From NCBI GenBank assembly GCA_047495785.1, contig JBLDXI010000013.1:3658001-3722000 (forward strand): 64,000 bases of DNA. The letters run 5' to 3'. The position numbers and the translations under genes were made by a program. The notes under the pieces were generated by a model. The model was given only the letters and a program-made list of their open reading frames with translations, had not been told where the DNA came from and ran no database searches. Source of the DNA: Lepidodermella squamata (lineage: Eukaryota > Animalia > Gastrotricha). How positions within the stretch are numbered: position 1 is the stretch's first letter; the number at the start of each line of letters is the position of its first letter. Shown here one piece after another: positions 59,672 to 64,000 of this stretch.

Positions 59672-62459
59672 CTTTCAGTTGTTTAATCAGTCTAGATATT
59701 CTGAATATTCAAAAATTAATTGCCAATTGAAAAAAAATGTAAAATTGGTTGAAAAGTTGCCGGAAAGAGCAGCTATATAAATCGAAATGAGGAAATAATT
59801 TTCTAAACAATTCTCGAATTTCAATACCCGAAAAAACCAGGTTTCTATATTGTCGGGATTGATTTAGAGGCAAGGCTCGATCTCAAAAAATTAGAATTTT
59901 CTCCACATTTTAGAAAATTATTTAAAAAATAAAATGAAAAGCAAAGTTAAAGTGGGACAAATTGGGAAATTTTTAACATTTTTTCCGAATCATTAAAATT
60001 AGTTGCGGGCATTCGAAATCGTGTGGAGCGCCTTTTTCCTGAGTGTAATCTTGTAAAAAAAGTAGGTCATTGCGAAGTTGAAGATGGTGCATTCAAATCG
60101 CGGGTTATTGCGTAGCAATTAACGTCGCGACGCCGTCTGACCTTGATGCGTTGAAAACAGTGAGGCTGGCGTTGGCTAGTTAGTACAAAACGCGCGCGGC
60201 TATGAACGCAATTTCAGTGTTAATCTAACGCTGATGAAAATTGTTTGTTTGTTTGTTTCTTAGCGACTTCGTGATCTTCACCGCGTACAAAGGTGTCTGG
60301 GCTGCTGTCTATGCGCTCGGCAATTACTATACTAGAGTCTGGTTGGTACGCAGCTGCCGAGTAGAATACGCGCGATGACAAAAATGCGCGGCGATAAATT
60401 CTTGTTTTATTTATTTTACAGCTTGGCTACTGCATATTAGTGTTGTCGGCAAATAATTTGGCTACGCCATCGCCACTCAAGTGTTAGAAGGGTTATACGT
60501 TTTCGCCGTGTCGCATTTGCATTATTTTTAACCGCTTATCACGGCACGCTTGCCGAGTCATCGCTCGCGTGTGCTGATGAGCTTCAGGCGCTGCCGCTGC
60601 CGCGATTACGCACCACGATGAGCCTGGAATGGTTGCATTTTTTTTGTTTCATCCTCGAGTTGTTTTCTACCTATTATGCGTAAGCGCTCTTACAGAAGAT
60701 GAAACACTGCACAAGCATGTCTTCAGTATTTTTCCCCTCCTAATGGCCTAATGCGGAAAATTATGATTAAAACCGCGAATAGTCAGCCTTCTAAAAATTT
60801 TTTTAAAACTTTCTTGGTCCTTATTTGGCATTGCCGAACTTCGATAGTTTCGGCTGAGCTCAAAACTAAATTTCATTTTTTTAAATTAAAAGAAAAAAAT
60901 TCTGTGAAATGGAATCAAAATTGAGGAAAAAGATTCGATAGACTGATCGGAACTTGATTAATCAGATAAAATTAATGATTCCTAAGGTTAAATTTAAGTT
61001 TTAGGAGGATGATGTGCTCCTATGACCTATTTTTCCTATAGAGAGTTTGGAGGCGAAAATTAGCAAAAAATATTAGGAAATTATCGCGATAAAATTTGTT
61101 ATTGATAAACGACAGGCCATGTTTTGTTTGTGCCACCGGCCAACAATTTCGCGGCATCCTTATTTTCATCGCATTTCATCACCGCAAATATTTTCCGGCC
61201 GAGCAGATGTTTCGCGCGATGATATGAAACCAGCAATATATTATACAACTACGACCACAGCGGTTTAGAGAAGAGAGAAGTACAGTAGTAGTGAGAATCA
61301 ACAAACCTCTCGTATTTTTACCAAGTGTTATATGAGCTTTTTTCAAGATTATTTAGCAGCTATTTTTCTTATAATATGTGAAAAGGTATACTTTTTATGA
61401 TATCCAATGGTGTCATAGCCAGCGGTCAGATGCGAAAAGCGAACATCATCATGCACGGTCTCACACGGCAGCACACAAAAAATGACACGCGGTAGTTAAC
61501 ACGCGTGACAGGAAAAGTGAAAAAAAATTTCCAAGTCGCATGAAAACAGCCTTAATAAAACTGTGGGCGCAAAACTCAAGTGCGGCCTTGAGATGCCTGC
61601 TGCTCGCAGAGAATAAGGCGGTTAGCGTATATATCTACCTAAGAATGCATTATACGTCAAGTGTATTTTTGGAACGTGATATTACGGCGGTATATAAGGC
61701 TTTTGGCAAATACGTACAGCCCCCACCTGTGCATTTCACACATTGAGTTAACATTTTCATCAGCCTTTACTTTGGTTTAATATATAAGCCGCATATAACA
61801 GCAGGACAAACAGAAAAAAACCGGCGAGAAGCACTTGCCGCCTTACATAATAATGTTGTGATAAAGGTGGGTCGAGAGTCGAGGTGCCTTTGTAAAACGG
61901 GTATAACTAGCTGGTAATTGAATAAATTTGATACTTTTTTTCAACCAGTTTCAGCATTTTTTCATTTAGCCTTCAGAAAAAACTCAAGCACAGCGTGGGA
62001 GCATTTTCCTTAGCCGCAAATCTATTGAATCATTCATTTTGCTTACAAATCACGAAATTGCAGGGAAGCAGGTCCTGGGTCGTCACCAAGCCACTCTTCG
62101 GTTTCTCTTCGCATTTCACCCTAAGTATAGTGATATTTTCTCATTGTGAGTACGGTATCAATATAGTTCTTGTCATCATTTGCTTGAAAATCTCTGGAAA
62201 GCAACTGAATCCCAATTTTGTTATGAGGAGCAACACATGTTCGGACATTATACTCCCGTTTTGCAGGTCAAAGGTCACACGTGCACACGTGATCAAAACG
62301 TGTGATCAAAACACTAAACTTTAAGGTTGTTGCTAGTGTGGTAGTTTCGTCGTTTCGTCATTTCGTCATTTCGTCACCATGAAAAAAAAATTTGATTTTA
62401 TTTGTACTTGATCGGTTCTTATGAGTAGACAAAATTCCTTAGTATTTTTGTTCCAAGTG

Positions 62460-62553
62460 GTCCGATTTGGGATCACCACGGTGAAAATTATATTTAAAAT
62501 TTTTATAGGCGATTTTTAAATAAAATTTTCACCGCGGTGATCCCAAATCGGAC
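62460..62553. repeat. Near-perfect 94-bp hairpin
   Basis: About 40-bp arms GTCCGATTTGGGATCACC(A/G)CGGTGAAAATT(A/T)TATTTAAAA with 2 mismatches and a loop of about 14 nt. Confidence 0.85.
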
Positions 62554-62635
62554 TTCTATCACTTTGATTAATATCTCACGGTCAAATACCATGGTATTTA
62601 TTACCATAAACGAAGTTATTTTTTTCCACTGTCAT

Positions 62636-63282
62636 TCAAATCGCAGCTTCCACGCCTTGCGATGCTGGGGCTTGTCTGGAACCGCAGCAAGCCATGAAGG
62701 CAAGGAAAAACAGAGTCTTAACAATTGTCAGAACTCGACCACCGAATAATATGCAGGCTAAAAAGAGGTGAAGGAGGCTGAAGATGAAATCGATTGTTAA
62801 CACTAGCTGAGCTTACCTATAATCCCCATGATATTAGCACATCCGAAGCCATTTGCACAACCGTAAACGTCGTTGAATTCCAGGTTACTACTTGTAGCTA
62901 AAGCTGCGACCAGCAAACCGAATGCCGTGATACAGCAGGAGGCGTAAAACAGGTTTATAAGAACTGAAAAAGCAAAAAATGAGCCTTATTCTTCATTCTT
63001 CGAAATCGTGGCATTACTCATACCTGTGACGTAGGGGTTTTCGCATAATTCACGCTTAGTTCGTCGCAAGATTGAGCTGATAGATTCTGCTATCAATTCC
63101 GTCGCACTGTACGCTACTCCAAAGGCAAAGGCGACAAGGAATAGGTCGGGGTTACCTCGGACCAAGAGCTTGCCAGTTAGGCCTAGACCGGCTGCCGTGA
63201 AAGCAAGAAGAACAACACTCCCAGACACACTGAACGAATCTTGGCTACCTCCACGGTGCGGATTGTTGGTAAGATCATCCAT
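62636..63282 (-). CDS. Four-TM protein TM-F (175 aa, short N-terminus)
   Basis: Exons 63282-63024, 62963-62817 and 62757-62636 in frame; YGCANGFGCANIMGII; tail FMACCGSRQAP. Confidence 0.82.
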
Positions 63283-63783
63283 GAAACGATGCAGTTATTG
63301 TGTTTTCGTGTATTCGGGAGAAAAACTCTCTAGTTTTCTATTCAAATTAGAACTATTGCACACGAATGAACTGGGAGGTTTCATTTTTTGCCTCATGTGA
63401 GTTTACGAAATATTTCGTCATTCCTTTCTGTTTATACCTCTTACTTCTTAGCACCTAGGCATAAAGACTTTAAATGACAAATCTCTTTATTTTTAGAAAG
63501 GCATCCATTTTCTCTGTATAACTTTGTCATGACGATCAGGTGTACGAATTTTGTTAAATTTTTGAAAAAAATATACGACATAGAGACAAGTAAATCTGTA
63601 AGATGACGGCGAAATTAAATTCCAAGCCACTGAAACGCCAAGCTTTACTTAATCTTTCGCGTTTAATTGTAGTCACCCTAGATATATTTTCTTGGGACTG
63701 GTTTCAATAGTTCTCATCTAGCATCATTATCTGCTTGAAAATCCTTGATTCTTTATTTACCGGTTCTCATGAATATAATCAAT

Positions 63784-64000
63784 TTAGTATTTATTTTCCT
63801 CTTCCATTTCATTCCCAGCTTCCACGCCTCGCGATGTTGGGGCTTGTCTGGAACCGCAGCAAGCCATGAAGGCAAGGAAAACCAGAGTCTTAACAATAGT
63901 CAGAACTCGACCACCGAATCCGATGCAGGCTGCAGAGAAGAATGAATTTGACAATGAAAGCGATAGTTAATTAACCCAACACACCTATAATCCCCATGAT
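63784..64000 (-). CDS. Four-TM protein TM-G, 3' end only (recent duplicate of TM-F; runs off the window)
   Basis: IMGII, then a GT..AG intron, then ACIGFGGRVLTIVKTLVFLAFMACCGSRQAPTSRGVEAGNEMEEENKY-TAA; nucleotide sequence very close to the last exon of TM-F. Confidence 0.8.

Noticed and set aside
59700-62400. Possible additional gene between TM-E and TM-F (ORFs 61540-61746 and 61995-62324)
   Set aside because: No family motif, recognisable domain or coherent exon chain found.
62632-62757. Apparent frameshift in the last exon of TM-F
   Set aside because: Recounting the T run shows the exon is in frame and matches TM-G (FLAFMACCGSRQAP).

Overview
Eukaryotic (animal-type) genomic DNA, AT-rich, with short (mostly about 50-60 nt) GT-AG introns; the taxon cannot be fixed from the sequence. 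Left half (0.8-30 kb, plus one outlier at 42 kb): a tandem cluster of 12 intact six-exon sigma-class-like glutathione S-transferase genes and 2 orphan 3' half-genes, including a near-perfect 3 x 2923-bp tandem triplication, a LINE remnant and several MITEs or nested DNA transposons. Middle (30-46 kb): a chitin-deacetylase-like (CE4) gene lacking catalytic residues, a nested transposon carrying a tRNA-Gly-derived sequence, two class C (GABA-B-like) GPCRs with intronless CDS sharing a gene-conversion-like tract (the second overlaps a GST CDS tail-to-tail), and an orphan class A GPCR. Right end (47.6-64 kb): a tandem array of at least 7 members of a four-transmembrane, Cys-rich protein family I do not recognise (signature GCA(N/D/S)G(F/W)GCAN(I/V)M), the best candidate here for an undescribed system. 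Labels such as GST1-10 and TM-A to TM-G are my own. Gene models were spliced by hand; no database search was possible.
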